Shown: in pieces, positions 1-8,572 of the stretch
Layout: the number at the start of each line of letters is the position of its first letter
Numbering within the stretch: the stretch's first letter is position 1
NCBI GenBank assembly: GCA_964406445.1
Contig: CAYORU010000003.1
Location: 107,293-171,292, forward strand
Reading direction: 5' to 3'
Source of the DNA: an uncultured Steroidobacteraceae bacterium
GTDB lineage: Bacteria; Pseudomonadota; Gammaproteobacteria; Steroidobacterales; Steroidobacteraceae
DNA: 64,000 nt
The notes under the pieces: generated by a model
What the model saw: the letters and a program-made list of their open reading frames with translations, nothing else
What the model was told of the DNA's origin: nothing
The model's database searches: none
Position numbers and translations under genes: made by a program

Positions 1-62
1 GCGCCGAGCCAGGCGAGGAGGACGAGCCCGAAGAGGCAGCGGCGGGTCAGGGGATGCGCCAT
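1..62 (-). CDS. 5' end of an unidentified gene running off the left edge (hydrophobic, signal-peptide-like N-terminus)
   Basis: Reverse complement of 1-62 reads ATG GCG CAT CCC CTG ACC CGC CGC TGC CTC TTC GGG CTC GTC CTC CTC GCC TGG CTC GGC (MAHPLTRRCLFGLVLLAWLG). GC3 is high. Only 20 codons are visible. Confidence 0.25.
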   Translation of the reverse strand, partial: MAHPLTRRCLFGLVLLAWLG

Positions 63-107
63 GCTCTGCATTCAACCGAACCGTCGCGGCGCAAGCAAGG
101 AGCCTGC

Positions 108-503
108 ATGACCCGTCGCCTGATCAGCTCCGGCTCGACCTTCGAGCAGGACATCGGCTACTCCCGGGCCGTGGTCGACGGCGACTGGATCTTCGTGTCG
201 GGCACGACCGGCTTCGACTACGCCACCATGACGATTCCGGACGACGTCACGGCGCAGGCCGAGCAGTGCCTGCGAAACATCGCCGCGGCCCTGGCGGAGG
301 CCGGCGGCGGCCTGGCCGATGTCCTGCGGGTGACCTATGTCCTGCCCGATGCCGCGGACTTCCCGGCCTGCTGGCCGGTCCTGCGTCGTCACTTCGGCTC
401 GATCCGGCCGGCCGCCACCATGATCTGCGCCGGCCTTGCCGACCCGCGCATGAAGATCGAGATCGAGGTCACCGCCCGGGTCGCGGCGGATCGAGGAGCG
501 TGA
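108..503 (+). CDS. RidA/YjgF/UK114 family protein (reactive-intermediate deaminase-like)
   Basis: The translation MTRRLISSGSTFEQDIGYSRAVVDGDWIFVSGTTG...KIEIEVTA fits the YjgF/RidA family pattern and size. The start was moved to the internal ATG (aa 19 of track ORF 54..503). Confidence 0.8.
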   Translation: MTRRLISSGSTFEQDIGYSRAVVDGDWIFVSGTTGFDYATMTIPDDVTAQAEQCLRNIAAALAEAGGGLADVLRVTYVLPDAADFPACWPVLRRHFGSIRPAATMICAGLADPRMKIEIEVTARVAADRGA

Positions 504-522
504 GCCGCCCCGGGCCGTGAAG

Positions 523-552
523 CGCCGGGGCCCCGCGAACGGGGCCCCGGCG
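523..552. terminator. Perfect 13-bp GC hairpin (CGCCGGGGCCCCG-CGAA-CGGGGCCCCGGCG) between convergent genes; likely bidirectional terminator
   Basis: Read directly: 523-535 pairs with 540-552 around a CGAA loop. It sits between the stop at 503 (+) and the stop at 579 (-). There is no U-tract. Confidence 0.55.
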
Positions 553-578
553 GTGGTCCCTGCCTCGGCTGCGCCCCG

Positions 579-2168
579 TCAGGGCGTCGGGCAGGCGGCC
601 AGCGACGCGTAGTCGATGACCACGAGCCGGGGCAGCGGACCCTCGCTGCCATCGATGGCCGGATCGCGGGCGATGATGTCGAGCACCTCGCCGCCGCTCA
701 GGGCGAGATCCTGCACCTCGATCGCGACCACGCCCTTGTTGCCCGCCGGCGTCACGTAGACGTCGTAGGTCCCCGGGGCGATGGAGAGAACGCCCGTGTC
801 GGCGCCGAACGGAACCGCCGCGAACGCAGGCGTCGTCCCCGCAGCGGACAGGTCGGTGCCGTCCGTCACCAGGTACAGGTCGACCGGCCCGGTGCCAGGC
901 GAGCCGTGGGTGACCCGCAGCTTGGCCTCGGTGATGACGCTGCGCCGGTCGTTGATGAGCGGCAGCGCGCGGATGGCGGGCGTGCCGGAGGCGAGATAGC
1001 CGGTCACGATCGCGGTGAACTCGTCGCCCTTCGCCACGTCGAGGTCGAACTGCAGCGCGACCGTCGACGGGTCGCCCGCCGCCGTGACGCTGAGCGTGTA
1101 GCCGCCCGGCGCCGGGACCGCCGCGATCTCGCAGAACTGCGGGAAAGCCAGGCCTACGCCGAGCGGAATCGCCTCCACCGTCGCCGTCGAGCGGACGTCG
1201 GCCAGCAGGTCGACGTCCGGCGCGTCGGGCGAGCCGTGCACCGCGACGACCGACGCCGGCGTGTTCGCGTCGAGCAGGTTCGCCGCGGCCGTGCCATCGA
1301 GGACGACGACCTGGATCGGCGTGACGCCCGGCCCGGTGTTCTCGACCGCGACCGCCATCAGGTCCGCGCCCGCCGGCAGCGGGAGGGTGCCCGAGTCGAA
1401 CACCACGGCTGCCGGGTTGCCTGCCGCCGTGACGCGCACGCGGTAGTCGCCCGCCGGCGCCTCGACGCGGCGCGTGGCGCCGCGGTAGGCGAGGGGCGAG
1501 GTGTTGATCGGCGTGGCCGTCGCGAGGTCGGCGCCCGGTGCCGTCACGTAGACGTCGACGTCCGGCGCGGCCGGCGCCGCGTGCACGACCTGCGCCCGGA
1601 AGCTGCCGGGCGCGATCGGCGCATCGGTCGGGGCGGAGAGGACCAGGGCATCGATCGGGGCAGCGACGCGGCCCACGGCGATGACCGTGTAGTCACGGCT
1701 GAACTCGAGGTCCAGGGGGGCATCGATGACGACCGCATCCGCTCCCGGCAGGATCGCCTCGACCTGGACGCGAACGAACTCGCCGACCGGCAGGAAGCCG
1801 GAGCCCTCGGTGTAGTCCACGCCGGAGAGCGCCACGGCGCCGTTCACCAGCACGTTGACGGCCGGCGCGTCCGGGGAGGCGTGCAGCGCGCGCAAGCGCG
1901 GCGCCGTCGCGCACTCGAGGAACTCGCTGCTGGTCACCTCCGCGGCGTCGAGCGTGCCGTTGCGGTTGTTGTCCAGGCCACTCTGGATGACCTTGCCGCC
2001 GCCGGGGCAGGCAGCGTCGCCCTTCGGCAGGGTTACGGTCTGCACCAGCGAGTTGAAGCCGTTGGCGCCATTGCTGCCGTCGGCGCCGTCGCGGCCGTCG
2101 TCGCCATCGCAGCCCGCCATCACGAAGGCCGCCGCCAGCAGCGGCCCGGTCCATGCCATGCGTTTCAT
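579..2168 (-). CDS. DUF4397 repeat lipoprotein
   Basis: Lipobox MKRMAWTGPLLAAAFVMAGC, with a GGAGGA SD upstream of the ATG at 2168. Four repeats of the H(A/G)SPDAP.VD(V/L) motif (LHASPDAPAVNVLV, VHAAPAAPDVDVYV, VHGSPDAPDVDLLA, THGSPGTGPVDLYL) are typical of DUF4397. Confidence 0.8.
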   Translation of the reverse strand: MKRMAWTGPLLAAAFVMAGCDGDDGRDGADGSNGANGFNSLVQTVTLPKGDAACPGGGKVIQSGLDNNRNGTLDAAEVTSSEFLECATAPRLRALHASPDAPAVNVLVNGAVALSGVDYTEGSGFLPVGEFVRVQVEAILPGADAVVIDAPLDLEFSRDYTVIAVGRVAAPIDALVLSAPTDAPIAPGSFRAQVVHAAPAAPDVDVYVTAPGADLATATPINTSPLAYRGATRRVEAPAGDYRVRVTAAGNPAAVVFDSGTLPLPAGADLMAVAVENTGPGVTPIQVVVLDGTAAANLLDANTPASVVAVHGSPDAPDVDLLADVRSTATVEAIPLGVGLAFPQFCEIAAVPAPGGYTLSVTAAGDPSTVALQFDLDVAKGDEFTAIVTGYLASGTPAIRALPLINDRRSVITEAKLRVTHGSPGTGPVDLYLVTDGTDLSAAGTTPAFAAVPFGADTGVLSIAPGTYDVYVTPAGNKGVVAIEVQDLALSGGEVLDIIARDPAIDGSEGPLPRLVVIDYASLAACPTP

Positions 2169-2540
2169 CGATCCTCCTTTGGGTTGACGCCTGGAGGACC
2201 CCCTTCGACCGATCCTGTTGTTGTCCCGACGGGTTTCGGGCGCAGCGCGCACGCGGATTCACGAATCACCGACGCAGCCCGATCCGGGCAGTCCCCCCGG
2301 CGCTGCAGAAACGACCGCCCATCACCCGGTGGAATGTGCGCCTCGACCTTAAGTGAAGTTCGTAAGTTATTGCCGAAAGGTCACTTTTCCAGATTTTTTC
2401 ATTTCGACGAGTTGGCGCAGTGGGGGTGGACAGCTCTAGCCGATGGGTCCCTAATCGACGTCGGCCGGGACCGAGCCTCGTCTCGGCCGACCAGCAACAA
2501 CAACCACAACGGCGCGCAGGCGCCACCACGAGGGATCCAC

Positions 2541-3224
2541 ATGATTGCGAAACGCGTCTTGGGTGCAGCTGCGACCGCCCTGCTGCTGGCCTCCCAGCCG
2601 GTCGCCGCGGACCGGTTCGAGGCGGTCCACGCCGTCAGCTTCGGGGACAACGCCACGGCGATGGCCGCCATGTCGACCTTGATGGACGACCCTGCCATGA
2701 AGGGCGCCAAGGCGACGCTCTACGTGGCCGAGTTCGGGGTCAAGGGCCCGCTCCACCTGATCGTCGAGGATTTCGACTCCTACGACGAGTACATGGCGTC
2801 GACGGCCAAGCGGGTCGCGAGCCACGGCTGGTCGCGTTACCTCCTGGCGGCCACGGATTCGAGCTACCAGGGCAGCGATCTCGTGATGGTCGTGGACGAC
2901 CACGGCGCCGCGAGGCGCAGCGCGGGCTACCTCGCGGCTATCCAGATCAACACGACCGATCCGGCCGCGTACCGCGCCGGGGTGGCGGAACTCGCCAAGG
3001 CGATCGGTCACCCCGGGGTGATGCGTCTGGTGGCGATGCGCAGCGGGGACATGCGCGTGAGCCATGTCGTGCTGATCGGCGGCCCGGACTTCAAGGCCGT
3101 CAATGAGTTTCTCGACCGGATGTACGCAAGCGAGGCTTTCGCGGACTTCGCCGCGAAGGTCGGCGCGACCCGCAAGGTCGTGGGCCTCCATATGTTGCGG
3201 AAAGTGGCCAGTTGGGGCGGTTGA
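2541..3224 (+). CDS. Secreted hypothetical protein, apparently two tandem ~100-aa repeats
   Basis: This is the last 227 aa of track ORF 906..3224, starting at MIAKRVLGAAATALLLASQPVAA (signal peptide). GC3 is high. I recognise no family. Confidence 0.6.
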   Translation: MIAKRVLGAAATALLLASQPVAADRFEAVHAVSFGDNATAMAAMSTLMDDPAMKGAKATLYVAEFGVKGPLHLIVEDFDSYDEYMASTAKRVASHGWSRYLLAATDSSYQGSDLVMVVDDHGAARRSAGYLAAIQINTTDPAAYRAGVAELAKAIGHPGVMRLVAMRSGDMRVSHVVLIGGPDFKAVNEFLDRMYASEAFADFAAKVGATRKVVGLHMLRKVASWGG

Positions 3225-4672
3225 CACGCGAACCGCGCTGCGCTTCGTCCAGGGGCGCTGCGCTCGCGCTCGGAATGCTCGCGATGTCGGCCGGCTTTCC
3301 GGGGCCGGTCGCGGGCGAGGAGTCGGCGCCGGCGCCCCTGCTCCTGGTGGGCTTTCGCGTCGTGCCCATGGCCCCGGCGGGTCCGGCGTCGCTCGCGGAG
3401 GCCGCGGTGCTGGTGCGCGATGGAATGATCGAGGCCGTCGGGCCGGCGGCGGAGGTCGCGGCGCCGCCGGATGCCGTCGTCATCGAGGGTCGCGGCCGGA
3501 CGCTGTTGCCCGGCCTCATCGACATGCACGTTCATGTCTGGGACGAGGCCGAACTGCCGGCCTTTCTCGCCGCAGGCGTGACGACGGTCCGCAACGCCTC
3601 CGGGATGCCCTTTCACCTGCGCCTGCGCGAGCGGCTCGAGGCCGAAGGGCTCGTCGGGCCGCGCCTCGTGACGACCGGGCCGATCCTGAACAGCCGCGGG
3701 CCGAATGAGCAGGTGAACCACCAGTTCGTCGAGACCGCGGAGCAGGCGCGCGCGGCGGTGCGCCAGCAGCATGCGCAGGGTTACCGGCGCCTCAAGGTCT
3801 ACTCGAACCTGACGCGGGAGGCCTACGGGGCGATTCTCGCGGAGGCCCGCGTGCTGGGGATGACCGTCATGGGCCACACGCCCGAAGGCCGCCGCGAACC
3901 CGGCATCCCGCAAACGAGGCCCTTCAACATCGCCTTCGAGGAGGTCCTCGACGACGGCTTCGTGACGATCGAGCACATCGAGTCGATCGTCTGGCACGGA
4001 CTCGCCGATGCGCTCGACGAGACGAAGGCGCGGGCGATCGCGCGGCGCATCGCCGCGGCCGGTGTCGCAGTCACGCCGACGCTGGTCGCGCACCGCAATC
4101 TCGTCGAGGTCGCAAGCAGCGGCGGCGCGTTCCTGCGCCGCGAGGGCACCGAGACCCTGAACCCCTTCCTGGTCGAGAACGAGCGGTCCTCCTACGAGTT
4201 CTGGTCCGGCCAGCCCGGCGACGGCCGGCGGGCGCACGACGCCTTCTACCAGCGCACGCTCTCGATCTTCCACGAGGAGGGCGTCAGGCTGGTCGCAGGC
4301 TCGGACGCGGGAATCTTCACGAATCCGCCCGGAACGTCGCTGCTGCGCGAGCTGGAACTCTACGTCCACGCGGGGCTCACGCCTCTCGAGGCGCTCGAGA
4401 CGGCAACCGTCAACGCCGCCGAAGCGCTCGGCGAGGGCCGGCGGCTCGGACGCGTAGCGCCCGGCTTCGCCGCCGACCTCATGATCGTCGACGGCGATCC
4501 ACTCGATCGTGTGAGCGACCTGCGCAAGGTCGCCGGCGTGATCGCGCGCGGCTACTGGCACGACGTTGACGAGTTGCGGCGCCGCTGGGCCGCCGCGGCG
4601 CCGGACTCCTACGAGCGCACGCGCCTGCAGGTCGCCGAGGGTCTCGCAGAGCAGGGCGGCACCTTGCCCTGA
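3212..4672 (+). CDS. Periplasmic amidohydrolase family protein (metal-dependent hydrolase, COG1228-like)
   Basis: LLPGLIDMHVHVWD (HxH metal motif), MGHTPEG, and the GSDAGIFTNPPG...LELYV region. N-terminal signal-like ALALGMLAMSAGFPGPVAG. The TTG start overlaps the upstream stop by 13 nt, and the exact start is uncertain. Confidence 0.8.
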   Translation: MGRLTREPRCASSRGAALALGMLAMSAGFPGPVAGEESAPAPLLLVGFRVVPMAPAGPASLAEAAVLVRDGMIEAVGPAAEVAAPPDAVVIEGRGRTLLPGLIDMHVHVWDEAELPAFLAAGVTTVRNASGMPFHLRLRERLEAEGLVGPRLVTTGPILNSRGPNEQVNHQFVETAEQARAAVRQQHAQGYRRLKVYSNLTREAYGAILAEARVLGMTVMGHTPEGRREPGIPQTRPFNIAFEEVLDDGFVTIEHIESIVWHGLADALDETKARAIARRIAAAGVAVTPTLVAHRNLVEVASSGGAFLRREGTETLNPFLVENERSSYEFWSGQPGDGRRAHDAFYQRTLSIFHEEGVRLVAGSDAGIFTNPPGTSLLRELELYVHAGLTPLEALETATVNAAEALGEGRRLGRVAPGFAADLMIVDGDPLDRVSDLRKVAGVIARGYWHDVDELRRRWAAAAPDSYERTRLQVAEGLAEQGGTLP

Positions 4673-4780
4673 GGGCGGTCGGCGGAGCAGGGGCAGGCGG
4701 GCGGGTGTTATCGTCTGCCCTTCGGAGCGATCGCGCGGTCAGTCCGGTCCGCGGCGCGGAAGCGAAGGAACAAGAACTTC

Positions 4781-6025
4781 ATGGGCGGACCGCTCGTCGT
4801 GATCCTGCTGCTGTTGGCGGCGAATGCCGCGCTTGCGCAGGACTTCAGGGATGCCTTCAGGTCCGTCACGCCGCAGAATTTCGACGGCGGCGGCCCGATC
4901 AGCCGGCAATTCCATCTGAATGCCGAGTCGTACCTCAGGATGGCGACCGCAGCGCGCCGGGCCGAGGCCCGGGAGCTGCCATACGCGCCGCGTGCGGACC
5001 TCGCTCGGCTGCAGGTGCGGCACGAAGGCGGCGAGACGAGCCTCGCCGACTATGCCGCCAGGGATCCGTTGCTCGACGGTGTCATCGTGGTGCACGACGG
5101 CGCGATCGTATTCGAGGCCTACCCGAACATGCAGCCGTGGCAGCGGCACTTCGCCTGGTCGGTCACGAAGGTCGTGACTTCCACGGCCCTGGCCGCGCTG
5201 GCCGACGACGGCCTCGTCGACATGGGTGCGCCGGTCGAGCGCTACCTGCCCGTCCTGGCGAAGAGCGACTGGGCCGGGACCCGCTTGCAGGACGTCGCCG
5301 ACATGGCCTCCGGCATCGATTGCCTCGACAGCGACGGATATCAGGACCCGGCCACCTGCATCTACACCATGGAAGAGTCTCTCGGCATCACGGCACCGAC
5401 CGGGCGCGATCTGGATTTCGTCGATCATCTGCGCAAGATGCGGCGTCACGGGCCGGCAGGCACGAGGAACGAGTACGTCTCCGCCAACACCAACGTGATC
5501 GGCCTGGTCATCGAGGCGGTCTCCGGCAAGCCCTATGCTGCGGCCCTGCAGGACCTGGTCTGGAACCCGATCGGCGCCGAGGCCGACGCGCTGGTCGCCG
5601 TCAGTCGAGCGGGATACGCCTATGCCTCCGGCGGACTGCACGCCCGACTTCGGGACATTGCGCGCTTCGGAGAGATCTATGCCCGGCCGCAAGCCAGTGG
5701 CGTGCTGTCCCCGGCCACGGTCGCAAGGATTCAGCGCGGGGGCGTTTCTCTTGCGCCCGAAGGACTCGAGTCCATGAAGGACGCGATGGGCGACGACCTT
5801 CCGGTGCGCGCGAGCTGGCAATGGGACCTGGTCTGGGCTGATGGGGCCATGTTCAAGGCGGGCTACTCGGGGCAGGGACTCTACGTGGACCCCGATCGGG
5901 CCCTCGTCATCGCCTGGTTCGGCACCGGGCTCGACTTCAGCGCCCGAACGAACGAGATGCTGCCGGTGGCGCGCCAGGTCGCCCGTTCGGGCCTCTTCAC
6001 ATCGCATGGCCACCGGCTGCCGTGA
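4781..6025 (+). CDS. Beta-lactamase-related serine hydrolase (class C / EstB / 6-aminohexanoate-dimer hydrolase-like)
   Basis: Signal peptide MGGPLVVILLLLAANAALAQ. The SxxK motif is present in FAWSVTKVVTSTALAAL, and a Y-x-N-like YVSANTN lies downstream. Confidence 0.8.
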   Translation: MGGPLVVILLLLAANAALAQDFRDAFRSVTPQNFDGGGPISRQFHLNAESYLRMATAARRAEARELPYAPRADLARLQVRHEGGETSLADYAARDPLLDGVIVVHDGAIVFEAYPNMQPWQRHFAWSVTKVVTSTALAALADDGLVDMGAPVERYLPVLAKSDWAGTRLQDVADMASGIDCLDSDGYQDPATCIYTMEESLGITAPTGRDLDFVDHLRKMRRHGPAGTRNEYVSANTNVIGLVIEAVSGKPYAAALQDLVWNPIGAEADALVAVSRAGYAYASGGLHARLRDIARFGEIYARPQASGVLSPATVARIQRGGVSLAPEGLESMKDAMGDDLPVRASWQWDLVWADGAMFKAGYSGQGLYVDPDRALVIAWFGTGLDFSARTNEMLPVARQVARSGLFTSHGHRLP

Positions 6026-6115
6026 CTGCCTGCGTGCTCGCGCTGCACCCGCAGGTGCCGGGTGAACTCCCGCGCCGGCGAGACACCCGGCAATCTCCGG
6101 TTTACCGTGGGTCGG

Positions 6116-6877
6116 CTAGACAGTCAGGTGGAGGCCGCCGTCCGGCGTCAAGGTCGTGCCCGTGATGTAGCTGGCGTCGTCCGAGCACAGGAACACGATC
6201 GTACGGGCGATCTCCTCCGGGAGGCCCGCGCGCCTCATGTGGACCCGCTGCCCCAGGAACGCATCATAAGTGTCGTCGCCGAAGAGCTTGCGCGCGCGCC
6301 GGTGCATTGGAGTGTCGGTGATTCCCGGGCAGACGAGATTGACGCGGATGCCCTGCGGCGCCAGTTCGGCAGAGACGCTGCTCGTCAGCCCGATCAGGCC
6401 GTGCTTCGAGGCGCAGTAGGCAGAGAAGGTCGGATAGCCCAGGAACGAGTTGATCGAGCCGACGTTGACGATCGAGCCACCGTTGCCGGCAGCGAGCATG
6501 GCACGGCTCTCGTACTTCATGCACAGAAAGCTGCCCTTCAGGTTGATGTCGAGCACCCGGTCCCACTCGTCTTCGGGCATCTCGCCGATGCCGAAGGTCT
6601 TGCCCTCGATGCCGGCGCAGTTGATGGCGAAGTCGAGCCGTCCGAACGTGCCCGTCGCGTGCGCGACCATCCGCTCCACGTCGGCAGCCACGGAGACGTC
6701 TCCGGTGACCGCCGACGCTTCTCCGCCGCTCGCGGCGATGGCGCGGGCGAGGGCGGCGAGCTCGTCTTCGCGCCGCGCGGCGAGCACGACCCGGCAGCCC
6801 CGTTCAGCGAGCAGTCTGGCCGTGGCTTCTCCGATGCCGCTGCTGGCGCCGGTCACCAGCGCCACCTTGTCGTTCAT
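6116..6877 (-). CDS. SDR family oxidoreductase
   Basis: MNDKVALVTGASSGIGEATARLLAERG (TGxxxGxG) and YCASKHGLIGLT (YxxxK). The start was moved to aa 30 of track ORF 6116..6964. Confidence 0.85.
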   Translation of the reverse strand: MNDKVALVTGASSGIGEATARLLAERGCRVVLAARREDELAALARAIAASGGEASAVTGDVSVAADVERMVAHATGTFGRLDFAINCAGIEGKTFGIGEMPEDEWDRVLDINLKGSFLCMKYESRAMLAAGNGGSIVNVGSINSFLGYPTFSAYCASKHGLIGLTSSVSAELAPQGIRVNLVCPGITDTPMHRRARKLFGDDTYDAFLGQRVHMRRAGLPEEIARTIVFLCSDDASYITGTTLTPDGGLHLTV

Positions 6878-7130
6878 GTTGGCCACGCATCCGGCTCCTC
6901 GATCAACCCTGGAACGCTGACCCGCTGCGAGCGATTCGCGCGGGCATCGGCCAGTATCGCCCATGCGCGCCAGCGGGGTTGACTCGCCGTATCACAATTG
7001 GCCGGAGGTAGAAGACGTAAGCCTTTGAAAAGAAAAAGATATACTCAGAGGCTTCAGGTCCGATCATGACTTGCTCGCCGGCGTCCGCGAGTCGTTCGCG
7101 GGGCCGGCCTGCTGACCCATGATCAATGCG

Positions 7131-7146
7131 CATAATGTATATTATG
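7131..7146. promoter_or_regulatory. Palindrome CATAAT-GTAT-ATTATG in an AT-rich intergenic region (possible operator or -10-like elements)
   Basis: Read directly. Anchored on the ATG of track ORF 7126. Confidence 0.3.
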
Positions 7147-7154
7147 ACAAATAC

Positions 7155-7192
7155 TGCCTTGGCAGCGATTCCTCCGCTGTGGCTCCAAGGCA
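7155..7192. other. Composite stem-loop TGCCTTGG-CAGCG-(attcctc)-CGCTG-(tggct)-CCAAGGCA in the 5' region of the 7250 gene
   Basis: Read directly: 8-bp outer and 5-bp inner inverted repeats. Function unknown. Confidence 0.3.
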
Positions 7193-7249
7193 ATTCCAAG
7201 CTTCAATCCATAGGCTTCCGCCCTGTCCCCGGCCACCCTCGCCGGGCTC

Positions 7250-8572
7250 ATGGAGCACGCTTCGATGGACCGCAAGGAACGCCTGGATCACGACGATCAG
7301 AGGTCGCGCGACCCACGCTCAGGACCTCAGTTCTGGATTCGACGCTCGGTTGCCTGGCTGTTCGCGGCCATGATGACGGTCGCGCTCGCGGGCTGCGCAC
7401 CGGTCGACGAGACCTGCCCGACCGACGGCTTTGCCGACACCCGCGACGGTCGCTGGCGCGCCGATGTCGCTTGCGTGGCAACCTCCGTCGAACGCTTGCA
7501 CCCGGATCCGTACACCCGGGTCACCCAGGCTGAGTTCCGGCAGGCGATCAGCGCGCTGGACCGCACGGTCCCGCAGCTCACGGATGCCGCGATCCGGGTC
7601 CGCCTGGCCGCCGCCGTGGCACTGCTCGGCGACTCCAACACCCGCCTGCGCCCCGACGAGCGGCCGCTCGCCATCGAGTTCGAGCGCTTTCCCGAGGGCG
7701 TGTACGTGGTCGGTGCGCGCTCCTCGCAGCAGTTCCTGCTCGGCCGGCGCCTCACGGGCCTCGGCTCGGAGCCGCTCGACCTGATCCGGCCGTCGCTCGG
7801 TGCGCTGGTCGCGGCCGAGAACGCGAACAGCTACGCGGCCCAGGAAACCCGCTTGTTGCGCTCCGTGGACGTGATGCAGGGCCTCGGTCTCGCCGGCAAC
7901 ACGGGCGCCGTCAACGTGGTCACCGCCAACGCCGGCGGAACCACGGAGGAAACGATCGTTCAGCCGGCCGGCAGCGATCCACAGCTGGTCGCCTGGCCTT
8001 CGACGCGCCCGCGGTCCTTGCGCCGCCGCGGAGAAGCCTACTGGTACGAGGTCGACCTCGCGAAGCAGACGGTCTACTTCCAGTACAACCGCGCGTCCGG
8101 CCGCACGGACCTGCCGATGGCCGAGGCCGCCGACGGCGTGCTGCGGGCACTGTCCGACGGCCGCGCCTCGCGCCTCGTGCTCGACATGCGATTCAACGAC
8201 ACGGGCAACGCGGCGGCGCTGCAGCCCCTGCTCGAGGTCATCGCGGGCTGGCCCGGCCGCCGGGATCCGGCGCGCTTCAAGCTGCTGGTGGGTCCGCGCA
8301 CGCACGCGGGCGCGCTGGAGAACGCGGTGCGCCTGTCGCAGACGGCCGCGGTCGAGATCATCGGCGAGCCGCCCGGCGGCAACCCGAACCACTTCGGCGG
8401 CGTCGTCCCTGTGGCGCTGCCCGAGTCCGGGCTTCGGCTCGACGTCGCGACCCAACCGGTGCGGCTGACCCAGGATCCTGCGAACCGGCTGAGGATCGAC
8501 AGGCTGGTCCGCTGGCCGGTCGCAGACTACGCGCGCGGCTTCGACCCCGTGCTCGCCGCGGCCGGGCTCTAG
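7250..8572 (+). CDS. Peptidase S41-like lipoprotein (catalytic Ser apparently missing)
   Basis: RR-containing N-region plus lipobox (WIRRSVAWLFAAMMTVALAGC). ERLHPDPY...F..A...L...LTD...L..AVALLGDSNTRL, LVLDMRFNDTGNAAAL, and IGEPPGGNPNHFGG...LPESGL resemble the PDZ-less S41 (tail-specific protease-like) family layout. The expected T-x-S-A-x-E position reads RTHAGALE. Confidence 0.55.
   Translation: MEHASMDRKERLDHDDQRSRDPRSGPQFWIRRSVAWLFAAMMTVALAGCAPVDETCPTDGFADTRDGRWRADVACVATSVERLHPDPYTRVTQAEFRQAISALDRTVPQLTDAAIRVRLAAAVALLGDSNTRLRPDERPLAIEFERFPEGVYVVGARSSQQFLLGRRLTGLGSEPLDLIRPSLGALVAAENANSYAAQETRLLRSVDVMQGLGLAGNTGAVNVVTANAGGTTEETIVQPAGSDPQLVAWPSTRPRSLRRRGEAYWYEVDLAKQTVYFQYNRASGRTDLPMAEAADGVLRALSDGRASRLVLDMRFNDTGNAAALQPLLEVIAGWPGRRDPARFKLLVGPRTHAGALENAVRLSQTAAVEIIGEPPGGNPNHFGGVVPVALPESGLRLDVATQPVRLTQDPANRLRIDRLVRWPVADYARGFDPVLAAAGL

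Noticed and set aside
906-3224. 772-aa plus-strand ORF
   Set aside because: The first roughly 545 codons are antisense to the DUF4397 lipoprotein gene and are Arg/Asp-rich nonsense. Only the last 227 aa, from the ATG at 2541 with a signal peptide, look like a gene.
7155-7180. Sigma-54 promoter (TGGCA...) upstream of the S41-like gene
   Set aside because: cttGGCAgcgattccTCCGct lacks the TTGC -12 element at the correct 12-nt GG-to-GC spacing.
6903-7199. 98-aa minus-strand ORF, and 84-aa and 135-aa plus-strand ORFs, inside the AT-rich intergenic region
   Set aside because: They have no SD, atypical composition and no recognisable family, and they overlap several hairpins. They were treated as non-coding, although a small peptide cannot be excluded.
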